Shown piece after piece: positions 48,763 through 62,024 of a stretch of 64,000 bases of DNA (its first letter is position 1; the number at the start of each line of letters is the position of its first letter). The position numbers were made by a program, and so were the translations under genes. This DNA is from Glaucostegus cemiculus (lineage: Eukaryota): NCBI GenBank assembly GCA_976551045.1, contig CDPCPM010000059.1:4774001-4838000 (forward strand), given 5' to 3'. The notes beneath the pieces are model-generated. The model was not told where the DNA came from and did no database searches. It worked only from the letters and a program-made list of their open reading frames with translations.

Positions 48763-49409
48763 GTTTTAGGACATGGAAATGCTTGCCATTTAAATGCCAA
48801 TATTCTAGGTTGTGGATAAGGGGGATTTTCAATATAAAAAATTAATTGTTTCAGAAGAAACTGTGGCCTCCAACAGACATGTACGCCTTGGTAGGGTTCA
48901 TGTCATTTCAAATGAAAGAAAACAGAACCTGAGGGAAATGCCAGAGGATTATAGCTGATCAAATGGAAATGAGCTCTCAGCAAAAACTGCTGAGGATCCT
49001 TTGGGAAATAAGGACAGACCATTCTAGTCTCGCTCGACTGATTGAGACATGATGTCATTCTGCTTAACAGGTTCCCATTTTTCACAAAAGGTAGATGACA
49101 GGTTCTTTCTTTTTTTCCTGACCCAGTGTGACACACATATTTCAAGGCTGTCTTGTGCCCATTTTCCCCAGTGAATAGCCTATAAAAATATCTGGATTTT
49201 TGATGTCTTCACTGTGGATGGTTAATAAAAGTCCACAATTACTTCTTTTCAAGTTTGAGGCCATGGAAGTGGTCCAGTTAATAAATCTGCTGAAGCCAGA
49301 CCTACAACGATGGTAGCATTAAGTTATTGGTTCATTTGTAGCTCTGCATAGGTTAAGCCGCAATGTACAGAACCTACACAGGCTTGGTTGAAGCATCCAT
49401 AACAAACAG

Positions 49410-49803
49410 ACAAAATTTTCAATGCACAGGTTTGCAAGAGGCTGCAGAGGGTTGTACACTCAGCCAGCTTCATCACAGGAACAACCCTCCCCACCATGGA
49501 GGACATCTTCAAGAGGCGACATCCATCTCTAAGGATCCTCACCATCCGGGACATGCCCTCTTCTCGTTATTACCACCAGGGAGGAGGTACAGGAGCCTGA
49601 AGACCCACACTCAGTGATACAGAAACAGCTTCTTCCCCTCCACCATCAGATTTCTGAATGGTCCATGATACCTCGATATTCCTTTTTATTTTGCACTATT
49701 TATCTTGGTAATTTATAGTAATTTTACGTCTTTGCACTGTACTGCTGCCATAAAACAACAAATTTCATGTCATCTAAGTCAGTGATAATAAATCTGATTC
49801 TGA
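49410..49803 (+). mobile_element. Rex1/Babar-like 3' fragment (different subfamily)
   Basis: SKDPHHPGHALFSLLPPGRRYRSLKTHT; tail gtcagtgataataaatctgattctga. Confidence 0.9.
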
Positions 49804-50687
49804 GTGTTCCAGGAGATGAAAGAGCTCTGAGTAGCTCTTGACTGAGGATTGGAACACCAAAGAGTGAACACCAGCTTTCACTCCTAAATTATTGTATTGC
49901 AATTATAATTTGTATAATATAATTAAATCCATCAGAAACTAATCTTGAACCAAAAATGGAAACATTCTCTGCTGTAGAAACACAAGTCAAGCATTACAGA
50001 ATAAGCCCTTACCAAGACATGGCTAGATCGTACATAATGAACCTCTCTCTTTGCATAATTTTTCTATCAATAAACTGACATGGAACCTAATTGACAAAAT
50101 AGATTCTACATGACTGACAAAATTCCAGAATGCAGGATGACAGCATGTCCAACTTTGTTAAAAAGATATTTCCTGCAGTATCTTCAGGTGAAGGTTTCCA
50201 ATTATCAAATGATACAAGCTTTTGCTCTAAATATTTGGAAGATATCTGAATAGCTGTCAAAAACCAGCTCATAAAAAGCTAGCCCCTTATAAACAGTGTA
50301 CATTTGAAAATAGTTTCAGCAAAATCTTGTATCCAAACCTATTGCTTTAAAGGGAAGTAAATAAGCTCCTTTTTTTTTGTTACTGATCTTTTGAAACATC
50401 TTTTTATAGCCTCAAACTTGAAAAGAACAAAGTTATGAATATGCCCAGACTTGGCTACAGCTATTTCTAACATTACTTCAACTGTACTGTTAGAGGGGAA
50501 AAGAATAAAATTAAGCCAAAGTGACAGTCCAACTTAGAATTATTGACGGGAGAAGGAGCAGAGTGCCAACTAGCATTAAGAGCATTAAAATGGTATAATA
50601 ATAGCAAATATACATAACTTCAAACAAAATCATGTTAACATGAAAAGCGGGGGGGAGTGGTGTGTACTATTTAGGAGTTCGATTCAG

Positions 50688-51000
50688 AGTCACACAGAAC
50701 AGAAATAGCCCCTTCAGTCCACCTTGCTTGCACCAACCTACAAACACATTTTACATTAATCCCATTTTATTCACCGCACTTTTCCATTAACTCAGATTTT
50801 ACCACACACCTGCACACTGAGGGCAATTTACAGAGGCCAGTTAACCTACTAACACACAGATGTTTGGGTTGTGGGAGGAAAATGAAGCACCCAGAGGAAA
50901 CCCACATAGTCACAGGGAGAACGTGCAAACTCTACATCGTCAGCACCAGAGGTCAAGACTAACCCCGCTATCACTGTGAGCTGTACCACTAGCTGCCCAT
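50688..51000 (-). mobile_element. V-SINE type B-like (CR1-type tail)
   Basis: V-domain reverse complement gcacccagaggaaacccacatagtcacagggagaacgtgcaaact; tail reverse complement cacagaacagaaatagccccttcagtccacc. Confidence 0.75.
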
Positions 51001-53334
51001 AAAATACGTATATGAGATATATTTACCGGAGACAACATTCCACCCCCCCCAAAAAAAATATTATGTCCCCACAAGTCTATGTTTTTGTGTACCAGTGTAT
51101 GTGAGCATGCATCATTATAGGCAATCATGTGTGCCCAAGTATGTGTTGTTATTTAGTCAGAAGTAGCCAAGGGGAAGGAGCATAGTTAGAATGTTTAATT
51201 ACCAGCTCTGTCCTGGAGTTGGGGGAGGGGGGAGGGAGGGAGGGAGAGGTTGATGGTGAAAATCAATGCTCAGTTATCAAAGAGTTAAATTGGTCCTGGG
51301 GTTAATTATTACCAAGAGGGAATTTCACTCAATTGCCAACTCCATTGCCCTCATGTTATCTCAAAAAGGTCATGGTGTTAGTTCAGATCAACAAAACACG
51401 AGGAAATAAAGAATTCCTTTCTCTGTTGCAAGACCTCAGTCATAAAGCAAGACATCAGGCATGCAACGGATGCTCTTAAACAGATAGATTTACACATGCA
51501 TTAAAATACCTTTTAGACTAATTTAAACGAAACTATTGTACTCCTGATGAAAAAGTTTGCCTCAAATATGATGATTTTCTACTTTCAAGAACTGGCGTCA
51601 GAATTAAGCAAATATGGACAAATAAATTTAAACTTTGACTGAATGAAATCTCACCATAGATTAGAGAAATGAGCTTGGAGGTTGCTGTGTCAAAATCATG
51701 TTGCACTGATTTCTTGCCCCTTGCTCTTAATGCCTGGAAGACCAGGAACAACGCCAATCCAGGCTAGGGATTTACATACCCAAGCACTTAGATCCTGATA
51801 CTCCCAAAAATCCCAGTCATTGATAACAGGTACCAATTAAACAAAACAGTAACCACACACAAAATACTGTATTCACTGTTTGCACATTTACAGGTTTTAT
51901 AAAGCTAAGAAAAATTATAAATATTAATACATATAAACAGAATGATATAAACTTGTTTGCAATTTCCTCCCTCACATCATAGCTCTGAGCTATTTGGTCA
52001 CCTGCAGAAAGCTGTCAAGTCCTGCTGGAGATACTCATCGCTACCCTTGTAAATTGCTTTCCAATTATTGAATGTTTTTTCAGTGAGCAGTTCCTTTAAT
52101 CAAAGCTAAATGATCTGGCCTTCTTCATAATAGATGGAGGGACTGGCCAAACCAGCAACCCAGGGTGATCAAAGGGCCACAGCCAGATGTTTCCAATCAG
52201 CTACGCATGCTGAACCCACCAGGGGAGTCGGCATGAACGAAGGAAACATGAGAAGCCAACTCTGATTTCAACCATAACAACAAACATGGTCACATACCAG
52301 ATGCTCCAGTTTGATTTAACAACACAGCAAAAACACATCAGCCATCTAAACTAACATTTGGTTTGTGTCTGCAGCATTGACCCACATAGATCTCCTCAAA
52401 TTCCCTTATTTGCAATCTAAAAATCAATACTTGTATCTTTATGCAAAATCAACAGGAATGTGACTCAACAAGATTTCTTCACATCAACATGTTCCCTCAC
52501 TTCTCCACCAAGAGGAGTTGTCTAGCACCCACATTGCCTCATTATCTTTTAATGGGCTTCACTAGCTGAATTATTGAAGTTCAGTTAATTGGGGGCCAGG
52601 CTCACAGTTCATTATAATATAGCAAGGCTGGGTGATAATTTATAAAAAGTGCAAAAGAAATTCTTGAGGAACACAATTAAATCGCAGGGAGGTAATGTTA
52701 GATATATGTTGAATCTTGATTAGAACACATTTAGAATACTTCAAAGACTTCTGGTAACTGTATGTTGAAATAGTGCTGCAGGAGCACTGGAGAAGGTGCA
52801 AAAAACATTCACAAGGTTGATACCAAATCTGTGAAGTTCTGCCAATCAGGGAAGGCTGAGCAAGGCTCAGGGTATTTTATTTAGAAAATAACTCCGTAGG
52901 TTCCTTTAAAATTATAAAGGTGTGCAGAATGGGAGGGCAAGTAAGTTAGCCTAGATTTTGCGATCAGCAGTGAAATGATGTGCCACTGACCATGAAGAAA
53001 GCCATTTCTAAAGGTCGAGAGATCCCGGTGGCTGGGTTTCCCCTCTGTTCATATCAATTATTGTCAATCATCTGTTCAAAAGGATCCCAGCCATCCAAAT
53101 CTGCCATTATCAGCAAGCAGCCAATCACATTGATAGTTCTCAGACAGCAAATCAGGAAGAACATGATTTTGAACTTTTACAGCACGAGAAATGAAGATCA
53201 AAACAAGCTGATATAACAAACCTTTAAAAATAAAAAAATATTTTATAATTCATTATATTTTGTAATAGATGGGAATTAAAATCCACATTCAAGATGACTA
53301 ATTTTATGCGAGCCAGAATGCTTACAATGAAGGA

Positions 53335-53875
53335 AGAAGTGATGTCATTAAACTGGAGAAGGTACAAAAAAAGATTTGGGAGGATATTACTGGGACTGAA
53401 AGGCATGGGTTATAAAGAAGAGCCTGGCTAGTTTAGGACTTCTTTCCCCTGGAGCACAGGAAGCTAAGGAGTGATCTTACAGAGGTTTATTTAAATCATG
53501 AGGGGCACAGATAAGGTGAACAGCCACTGACCTTTCTCCCCCCAGGGTAGGGGAGTCCAAAACTAGAGGACATAATTTTAAAGTGAGAAGGGAAAGATAG
53601 AAGGGGGAACCTCAGGGGGAGCTTGATTCTCCCCCCCCCCCACACACACACAAAGTGTGGTGAATATATGGAACAAGCTGCCAGAGGAAGTGGTAGGGGC
53701 AGGTTCAGTTATGACATTTAAAAGGCATTTGGACAGTTACATAGATAGGAAAAGTTGAGAGAGAGTTGGGCCAAACACAGGCAACTGGAACTAGCTCAGT
53801 TAGGCATTTTGGTCAGCACAGACGAGTTGGGCTGAATGGCCCGTTTCCGTGCTGTATAGCTCTATGACTATGACA
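53335..53875 (+). mobile_element. CR1 3' fragment
   Basis: gatgtcattaaactggagaaggtaca (DVIKLEKVQ), ending tgggctgaatggcccgtttccgtgctgtatagctctatgact. An older CR1 piece lies at about 52650-52920. Confidence 0.85.
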
Positions 53876-55604
53876 TGAGGTTCCTTTGAAAACATTACTG
53901 ACAGTTTATGCAATGCGGTATATTGCTAGGTTATTTTACCATGCATACCTTGAGTTTTCACAAGCTCACCAATTTCTCAAGATATCTCTACAGAAGACTG
54001 CAAAAAAGCTCTGGAGGCACAGGGGAGCACCGACCGCAACATCTGGGCTTCTGTATTTAACTGCAGCTGTGCATATTCCAGAAGTTCATCTCAAATGTCA
54101 TGGTGCAAAGAAAGTGAACACAAGAGTTTTGCCACCACTACAGCCACAAAACAGGAGGTCTGTTGCCACATGGGAAAAGACAATATATACACCAGATAAT
54201 CACCAATAAACCTAACAAGAAATTCAGGAGAAACTTCATTTAGTCAGAATGTGAACTCACTCACCAGTGAGAAAAGTGGAATCAAGCAATGGGAATATTT
54301 TTATGAGAAACTAGATAAAATCATAAGGAAGAAAGAGTAAAACTTGCCGATATTGATGAACTGCTGTAAGGTGAAAGAAGTCTTTCAAGGAGTATAATTA
54401 CTCCCAAAAGAACTATTGGGCCAAATGGCCAATGAATACCATGAGAATGTTATAGCCAAGTGACAAGGACTGGGCAGTGAGTTTAAATTTTCATGGAAAG
54501 GTTAAAAGCAGATCAGCTGTCAGCTTACATCCTGCATGATTTCATCAAAACAACTAAAAATCAGATGGGATATACAATGCAAGTTTGATTTGCTGACACC
54601 CACTTTAGGCATCATCAGAACTGATGTTATCAAGGACTGTTTATAATTGATCTTAGAACTGATACAAAGAACTCCTGCAAAAAGCAATTGGAGAAATCTA
54701 CAAAAAACAGAGCCTAATAACCTTTCACCATGTTACCCGCCTCTCCCAAAAGATGCCATTATAAGGCTTAGGAAGATTTAGTTTAAATCGTGATCAACAA
54801 AAAGCAATATTTATTGGACATTAATTTTGATTATATTGTTTTGAATTTTAAAGTTTACACAAAGAGTGGCAAAGAATTTATCAATGACTGTATTCCATCG
54901 AAATATTTTTATAATCACCTGACAAAATACAAATATGCTTAAATCAATAATTAGTTCCTGTTTTAATTCACTGAGTTCACTTGGCAGTAACCTTACATTA
55001 ATAATGAGAAGAATTGGTAAATACAATAGGTCTCAGGTCTTTTGTTTAGTAATTAGAGTGTATTCATTAATAAATAAATGAAAATATATTTGCAATATGT
55101 AAAATCAACATGTACTAATAAAAATCAAATCCTGGCAAGTCTACTTATTATATGAATATAATTTCATTGGCTTCAGTAGCCCCCTGATCATCTGAGTGAA
55201 TTAATGTCAGTTGAGCAAGTATAGCAATGCTACTTAAAAATGAGGAGAGGGCCTTACAAATTGCTGCATGAAAATTGACTGGTGTATTTTGCTACATTAC
55301 TGCAATGTATGTGCCTTATCCATAATCAGCATTAAATAAGCGTAACCACTTTTAAGACCGCACCATTTTGAGTACTGCGTTACAGAACTAACTGCCCTCC
55401 GTTTTGACACATTAATGTTTTATGGCCAATTCCAAAAGTTATCTTCCTCTGTAGAGAAATTTACAGAAAGCAATGCTGCTTGGTCTCTGAAATCTCTCTC
55501 TTATTCAACAGAGACCTTGTTATTAATTTGAATTACTATTTTCGAAAATCTTTCAATATTCAAGTAGCAAAGTGAGTAGCACATCTCCCAGGTTTAATTA
55601 AAAG

Positions 55605-55910
55605 TCATATATTTCCTAACCTCAGGACATCACAAAGCCTTCTAAAGCCAATTAAGTACTTATAAAATGTAGGGAACATCCCAACAAGACAAAGTATAGG
55701 ATGTCTTCCATTGTAGCAATATGTTAATGATCAATTAATCTATTTTAGGCTTTGGCTGAGCGATAAATATTGGTCAGAGCTCCAGGGATGTTTCCTATGA
55801 GCTGCTAGGGGATTTTCTCTCGGGTTTAATATCATATCACTCAGTACTGGAGTATCAGCCTGGAACTTGTACTCAGGTTGTTAGACTGGGACTAGGAACT
55901 CAGACCAACA
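55605..55910 (-). mobile_element. DeuSINE remnant
   Basis: aacctcaggacatcacaaagcc...agccaattaagtactt...gataaatattggtcagag...ctcgggtttaatatcat. Confidence 0.6.
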
Positions 55911-55959
55911 CAGAAAAGAATGCTACCTCCGAGCCACATCTGGTGCCTCTGTGGAAACA

Positions 55960-56362
55960 CACTGCATGAAGCGGTCACCTCCCTACAGAAATACAGCACT
56001 GACTACCGTTTGGAAGGAGGTGGGCACGAGAAATGCTGGAGCTTAAAAGGCCAGAAGACCAGACCGAAGAACAGCTTCTTCCCCACTGCCATCAGACTTC
56101 TGAACCAATAGATGCTTTCACATCTCCTTCCCGGTGATGCTGCTAGGTTCTCAACCCCTTAATTCTACTTCTTGCACTATTATCACTTTAGTACTTCTTT
56201 TTGCACTACTTCATATTGCACTACCATCTTTGCACCATCCTGTTGTTTTGCACTCATTGCTGTATTTATTATTATTGTGTATACCGTTTCCCCTATGAAC
56301 GTCATTTGAGCAAGGAATTTCACTGCACGCTGGTGTATATGACAATAAACTAATCAGAATCT
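55960..56362 (+). mobile_element. Rex1/Babar-like 3' fragment (third tail type)
   Basis: KTRPKNSFFPTAIRLLN; tail tttcactgcacgctggtgtatatgacaataaactaatcagaatc. Confidence 0.8.
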
Positions 56363-57364
56363 ACATCTGTCTTAAAACCAAGAGAAATACTATTTGTTTA
56401 AAGAAAGCACATCTGAAGAGAAACTGTTACAGAATACCAAGCTGCCCATAAGTGAATACATGATATACTTTGAAGGCTGAATTGGACAGACCTTAAGGAT
56501 CCTTGCCTTAAGGATCACAATGTATTATTATTCTTCACCAATTGCTCCATCTTTATGTAGTCTGCTTTATAAAAAAAAAATAGTACTGGCTGCATACGCC
56601 AATAATATCTGCACTGTTCACTACCATTCCTCGGCAGCGGACCAATACAGAATAGAGTGAGGACCACATTAAACTAGCTTCCACTGAAAAGAAGCTTTCA
56701 AACAGGAAGCAGACTACGACTCCAGCAGAGGCTAGGAGATGTTCTGGAACACATTCACAGCTGAGAATCAGTGAACGGCAACACAATGCAGGATAGAGTG
56801 GGTTTTGCAGCTTTCAGCAAAGCACCAGAAGCGTTGGAAGAGGAGAGGTGACCCACATTAGGAGACCATAATGCATTCAGAGAAACAAGAGGAGGTTGGG
56901 GAGGTGGCCATAGTAGTTAGTGCTAAATCAATGAAGGAGCTGGATATTCCACAACATGAACACTTCAGTATGGCATGATGGCTAATGACAGTGATGACAT
57001 AGTAATATGGGAGAAGAGCCTCATCAGTTACTGCCATTGGTCAAGGAGACCATCCTGGACATCACTGGTAGGAAAGAAAGAGAGAAGGTGGAAGAGTAAA
57101 GGGAGGGGCATCTCACAAACCGAGGCAGTGATCATCCACCTTTTATTATGTCCGCTCCCATTGTTCACTCATTACTGGGCATAGAGCCAAACCCACAATG
57201 ATACAATGTGCACTAACACATAACGTCTGTATACCAACTTAAAATGTTGTTTACATGCATTAATCTTCTGTTTTGTAGAATCTACCAGGGAGAGTCACAA
57301 TTTTTTTTTACAGCATTGTCTTTTAGATGGTGTCTCGTTCAGGTGCAAATAAAGCACACACAAT

Positions 57365-57800
57365 ATTGGTAATTGATTTATTGTCACATGTACCAAGATA
57401 CAGCAAAAAAAAGCTTTGTTTTGCATGCCATCCATACAGATCATTTCAAAACATAACTACACAGTAGTAGTACAAAGGGAAAAACAATAACAGACTGCAG
57501 AATATAGTGTTCCAGAGAAAGTGCAATGCAACTTGACAATAAGGTGCAAAGGTCATGACAAGACAGATTGTGAGGTCAAGAGTCCATCTTCTCGTACTAG
57601 GGGACTGTTCAATAATCTTACAACAGCAGGATAGAAGCTGTCCTTGAGCCTGATGGCACGTATTTTCAAGCTTTGGTATCTTCTGCCTGATGGGAGTGGG
57701 GAGAAGAGAGAATGACTGGGGTGGGAGGAGTCTTTGTTTATGCTCACTGTCCTCCCAAGCCAGAGTCCATGGAGGGGAGGTTGGTTTAGTGCAGGGGACA
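57365..57800 (-). mobile_element. Rex1/Babar-like 3' fragment
   Basis: KDSSHPSHSLFSPLPSGRRYQSLKIRAIRLKDSFYPAVVRLLN, with the same UTR as at 42297. Confidence 0.9.
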
Positions 57801-58759
57801 TCCCCCAACATTTTGAGTGAAATGCTCTGTTCCTCATCATCAAATGGCTACATGTTGATGGAATGGAAGCCTTACTATACAAAGACAGTGTGGCTTTGCC
57901 TTAGAACTTAAAGGATCACATGTATCCGTTAATGGTCCTTGCAACTTGAGTAGTCCTTGAGTGTGACAATATTGGACATCGCTGATGATTTCTGTTACAA
58001 AGGATAGTCAATAAATAGAGCTTTACTTGTAAGATTCAAACTAGGGGCAAAGCAAAAAAAATCCACAAGTAACATTCAAATTCATAGAACCCCAAAATTT
58101 GTGAATGTTTTCATTTGTTTAGAATTTTAGATCAAAATGTTCAAGTGCTCAAAAGGAGAAAGAACAGTTTCTCTTGGAGTAAATTCAGCAATGTGTGAAG
58201 TTTAAATGTAGCTACTTTTGGAGGGGCACATGAGAAAGATAAATATCATGCACATCACTGCATTGGCATAGGTACTTAATGGTTATTGGGTAGCCCCTCC
58301 AACTCCTAGCCCCACCCCTGCACAGGTATGAAAGGGGAAGCAGTTGATGATACAATAGTTTCCTGCTTATCTATAATTACCACATTCCTGTTTTCAGGAG
58401 CTTGCTTAGGGTGCCTCTGTTCCTACATTATAACTGGCTATATATCTAGGTAAAGTGCATTGAGATGAGGCACTATATAAAGAAGAATCAAGGGGAGAGA
58501 GAAAGAATCAAGATAAATAATCCTAATGCATGGCAACGAAGACTCGAAAGGTGACATTGTATACTCCTGTATCTTAATGTTCTTCATTATCAATTTCTGT
58601 TGCACTGTTTCCCTGCTCCCTACTGTTTTTATACACATCTTTCAGTCAATGGCTGTCGTTTCTGTAGTTTCCACTTTATTACTGTCAATCCTTTTTATTT
58701 CATGTACCTCAAGGATTCCTTCAGTACCTAGAGTCAGTCAACTTCTCATGTCCCAAAGG

Positions 58760-59170
58760 TCTTTCTGCTGTCAACAAGCACGTGTCAAGAATGGAATTGA
58801 ATACCCTCCACTTGTCCAGTACAGCTTCACTAGTATTCAAGAAATTCAACCCCACCTGGGACAAAGTAGCCTACTAAATTGGTACTTTGAAATTCACTCA
58901 CTCAACCACTGTTGTACAGTGGCTACAATGTGTAGCATCTACAAAAATATACCAGTTTTCACCCGACTTAGAAATAAATTGCTGTTCCTTTGTTGCTGCA
59001 GGCCCCCCCCACCCCAAGCCTTGCAACTTCCTCCCCAGGAACACAAAGGGAGTACCTTAACCAGAAGGATAGCAGTGGTTCAAGGCAGTGACTCACTATC
59101 ACCTCAAGGGCAGTTGGGGATGGGCAGTAAATGCTGACCTTGCCAGTAACACCCCCATCCTGGATGAGGA
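58760..59170 (+). mobile_element. Old CR1-group LINE 3' fragment
   Basis: QARVKNGIEYPPL...EIHSLNHCCTVATMCSIYK; tail ctcaagggcagttggggatgggcagtaaatgctgaccttgccag. Confidence 0.7.
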
Positions 59171-60639
59171 ATAGACTGAACAATCTTGCAGCCACAGACT
59201 TAGACCCAGCTCAGTACTCCTCCACAGGGAATATCATCAGCAGACACCCCTCTCCCAGCACCAGACATTCACACGACAGGAGAGATCCTAGTTCATTGCA
59301 GCAGCAGCCTCAGGTACAATTTATTTTTGTTGGTCTTTTCACTTTGTGTCCCAATATTTTTTTTTTAAACGATACATTTTCAGAAATACTCTCCAATTGC
59401 AGCACCTCTGAAGAGAAAAGAAACACAGTAACTACCCAGCTTAATTTTGAGGGAGGATACAATGAACTGCATTAATTACATCCCAAATTTAATACCGAAA
59501 TCAAAACAAATAATCTTCACCCTTGCATTCAAGACCACAGGGGCAACCATTTTCTTGGATGCAAACAACAGATTTCCAGCTGTGCAAGATAATGAGCCAA
59601 ATCATTCTGCCAAGACTGGTAGATCAGTGTCATTCATTCATTCCCTAGTTAAGTACATGCCAGACTTACATGGACCTGCTCCAATCTAAGGAGCTGAGGT
59701 GACAGACACTGGCACATCTATCACTCTGCTCCATCCCCAATCTCTACATGGAGTCCAGCAAAGGAGCCTTGGTGTGCAAGGATTCCCCAGTACTCCCCAG
59801 AAGTCCCAGCCCAAGAACATGAGAATCTATGGCTAGGCCATTTGGCCCCTCATGTCTGTTCTGCCATTGAATAAGATGATAGTTGATCATTAATATCACT
59901 TTCAGTTTCCTGCAGAGACCTCATATCCATGGAGATTCAGAGGAAGTTATTTTTGCTCCAGATTCCAGCATTTGCAGTCTCCAAGTTATTTGTTTTAAAT
60001 GGTATTTCAATTTTATGGTTTCATCATTTTGTGTTGTTTAATCATTTAAGTTTTCAAAATTTTTAATTTATAACACCTTTCAGAGATTTTAAATGCCAGA
60101 TTAGAGACATGTAATAACTGTTAAAATTCAGAGTTTTTTCCTAAAATAAACAGAAAGCAGCTCCAGCCCAACCTTGCTTCCCATCACGGTCTGTCAGAGT
60201 GTTTCCTGCGGAGGAGCCCCAGTCATACTCCAGTGGAGACCCTGGTTGTTACGGAGGTCTCACTGTCTAATTCCTGGGGTGAAGAGCCAACTTATTTGAC
60301 CTTTCTCCAATCAGCCTGGGTAAGTGTGAATAGGCAGCAGCCATGGGCTGAATCCACCTCAACAGAAACTCAAAACACCGAGTAAAACCAGTTTGTCTAC
60401 CAAGGAGGACATTTAAAACAAAAAACACAAGCTTTCTTCAAAAATTCCAAAGAAAGTATGGACAAAATAAATCCCTCCTAATATTGTGCAATTACACTCA
60501 CTTTGAATAACACAAACCACAGAGATTCCACATTAAATCCCTGGAATGTACCAAGATAGCCAAGGAGATTGCTATTTGCCTCTGCTCCCCAGGGCTGAGG
60601 AGAGATGAACAACTGTCACTGGATTTTCATGTACTTAAG

Positions 60640-61875
60640 TCATTGAATTGGCTTTCATTAAAGTGATAAGGATGTGCAGACAATGATCTAATTTACTAAT
60701 AGGATTGTGGCGTCCTGGTTAGAGGTGTGCAAGTTATACTGCAGCTATACAGTGCCCTGATTAGACCACATCTGGAACACCTGGTCACCACAGTTTAGGA
60801 AAGAGGACAGATTTACTGGCATAACACAGATTCTCAGCATTAAAATTTTTACAGAGAATACAGTATATTCCTTGGAATTTGGAAAGAAACGACTCAATTG
60901 CAGCCCTCACCTATTAATTTCCAGTAATATGTTCAGATGGAGGGAAACCTTCTGTGGTTTGGGGAATTTTGGATTGGAGATCAAATTTCCATAGAACAAT
61001 ACAGCACAAAACAGGCCCTTTGGCCCACCAAGTTGTGCTATCCATCAAAATCACACGATCTAACTCTTTCCTCCCACATATCCCTCTATTCCACATTGCT
61101 CCACAAGCCTATCTAACAATCTCTTGACCCAGTCCATCGTATCTGCCTCCACCACCACCCCAGGCAGTGCATTCCATACGCCAACCACTTTGGGTGAAAA
61201 ACCTCCCTCTGACATCTCCCCTGAACTTTCCACACAATATCTTAAAGCCATGCCCTCTCGTCTTGAGCACCTGTGCTCTGGGAAAGAGGCGCTGACGGTC
61301 AACTCTATCTATTCCTCTCAATATTTTATACACCTCTATCAAGTCCCCTCTCAACCTCCTCCTCTCCAACAAGTAAAGCCCTAGCACCTTAAGCCTCTCC
61401 TCATATTCCATACCCTCTAATCCAGGCATCATCCTGGTAAATCGCCTCTGTACCCTCTCCAATGCCCCCACATCCTTCCTATAATGCGGCAACCAGAACT
61501 GAACACAATATTCTAAGTGCGGTCTAATTAGAGTTTTGTAAAGCAGCATCATCACCTCTCAGCTCTTAAACTCAATCCCACGATTTATAAAAGCTAACAT
61601 CCCATAAGCCTTCTTAACTGCCCTATCCACCTGCGATTTCAGAAGTTGTTTGGAAATATTTCCATGTGTGTGGAGTGACAAGTGTTTTAAATATTCTTCC
61701 ATCAATGGCTATTGGTGTCAGCAGAACTGCAAATGAGCTTTTTATTAACAGAGCAAGGGATAGGAGGTAAAGATGTGTATATGTTAGATCACAGGTAAGC
61801 CACAAATCTGACCGAATGTCAGAAGAGGCTCAAGGTGCTAACTGGCCTTCTCTTGTTCCTGTGCTCTACGCTTCC
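60640..61875 (+). mobile_element. Old CR1 fragment split by a young antisense CR1
   Basis: ctgcagctatacagtgccctgattagaccacatctggaac (LQLYSALIRPHLE) precedes the insertion. A CR1-like 3' UTR ending ggccttctcttgttcctgtgctctacg follows it. Confidence 0.6.
60990..61636 (-). mobile_element. Young CR1 3' fragment
   Basis: ORF 61109-61555 reads LYKTLIRPHLEYCVQFWLPHYRKDVGALERVQRRFTRMMPGL...RRRLRGDLIEVYKILRGIDRVD, with one frameshift near the end. Confidence 0.95.
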
Positions 61876-62024
61876 TGATTATTCCTTTGTGAGCCTGATG
61901 AAAGGTGGAGAGGTATACATGGAAGGGTGTTGGGCTGCCACAGAACTGGAGTACTTGTGATGCCTCCCCTGGTGGAACCAGCAGCTGGCATTCACGTTAT
62001 CAGCTTAATATTTTAGTTAAAGTG

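Noticed and set aside
56491-56516. ccttaaggatc duplicated with internal palindromes
   Set aside because: It is a short local tandem duplication, of a kind seen several times in the window (for example 11214-11230 and 45595-45620), with no other support.
58526-59137. 203-aa ORF with hydrophobic N-terminus as a membrane protein
   Set aside because: The hydrophobic part comes from T-rich sequence and the rest is a decayed LINE.
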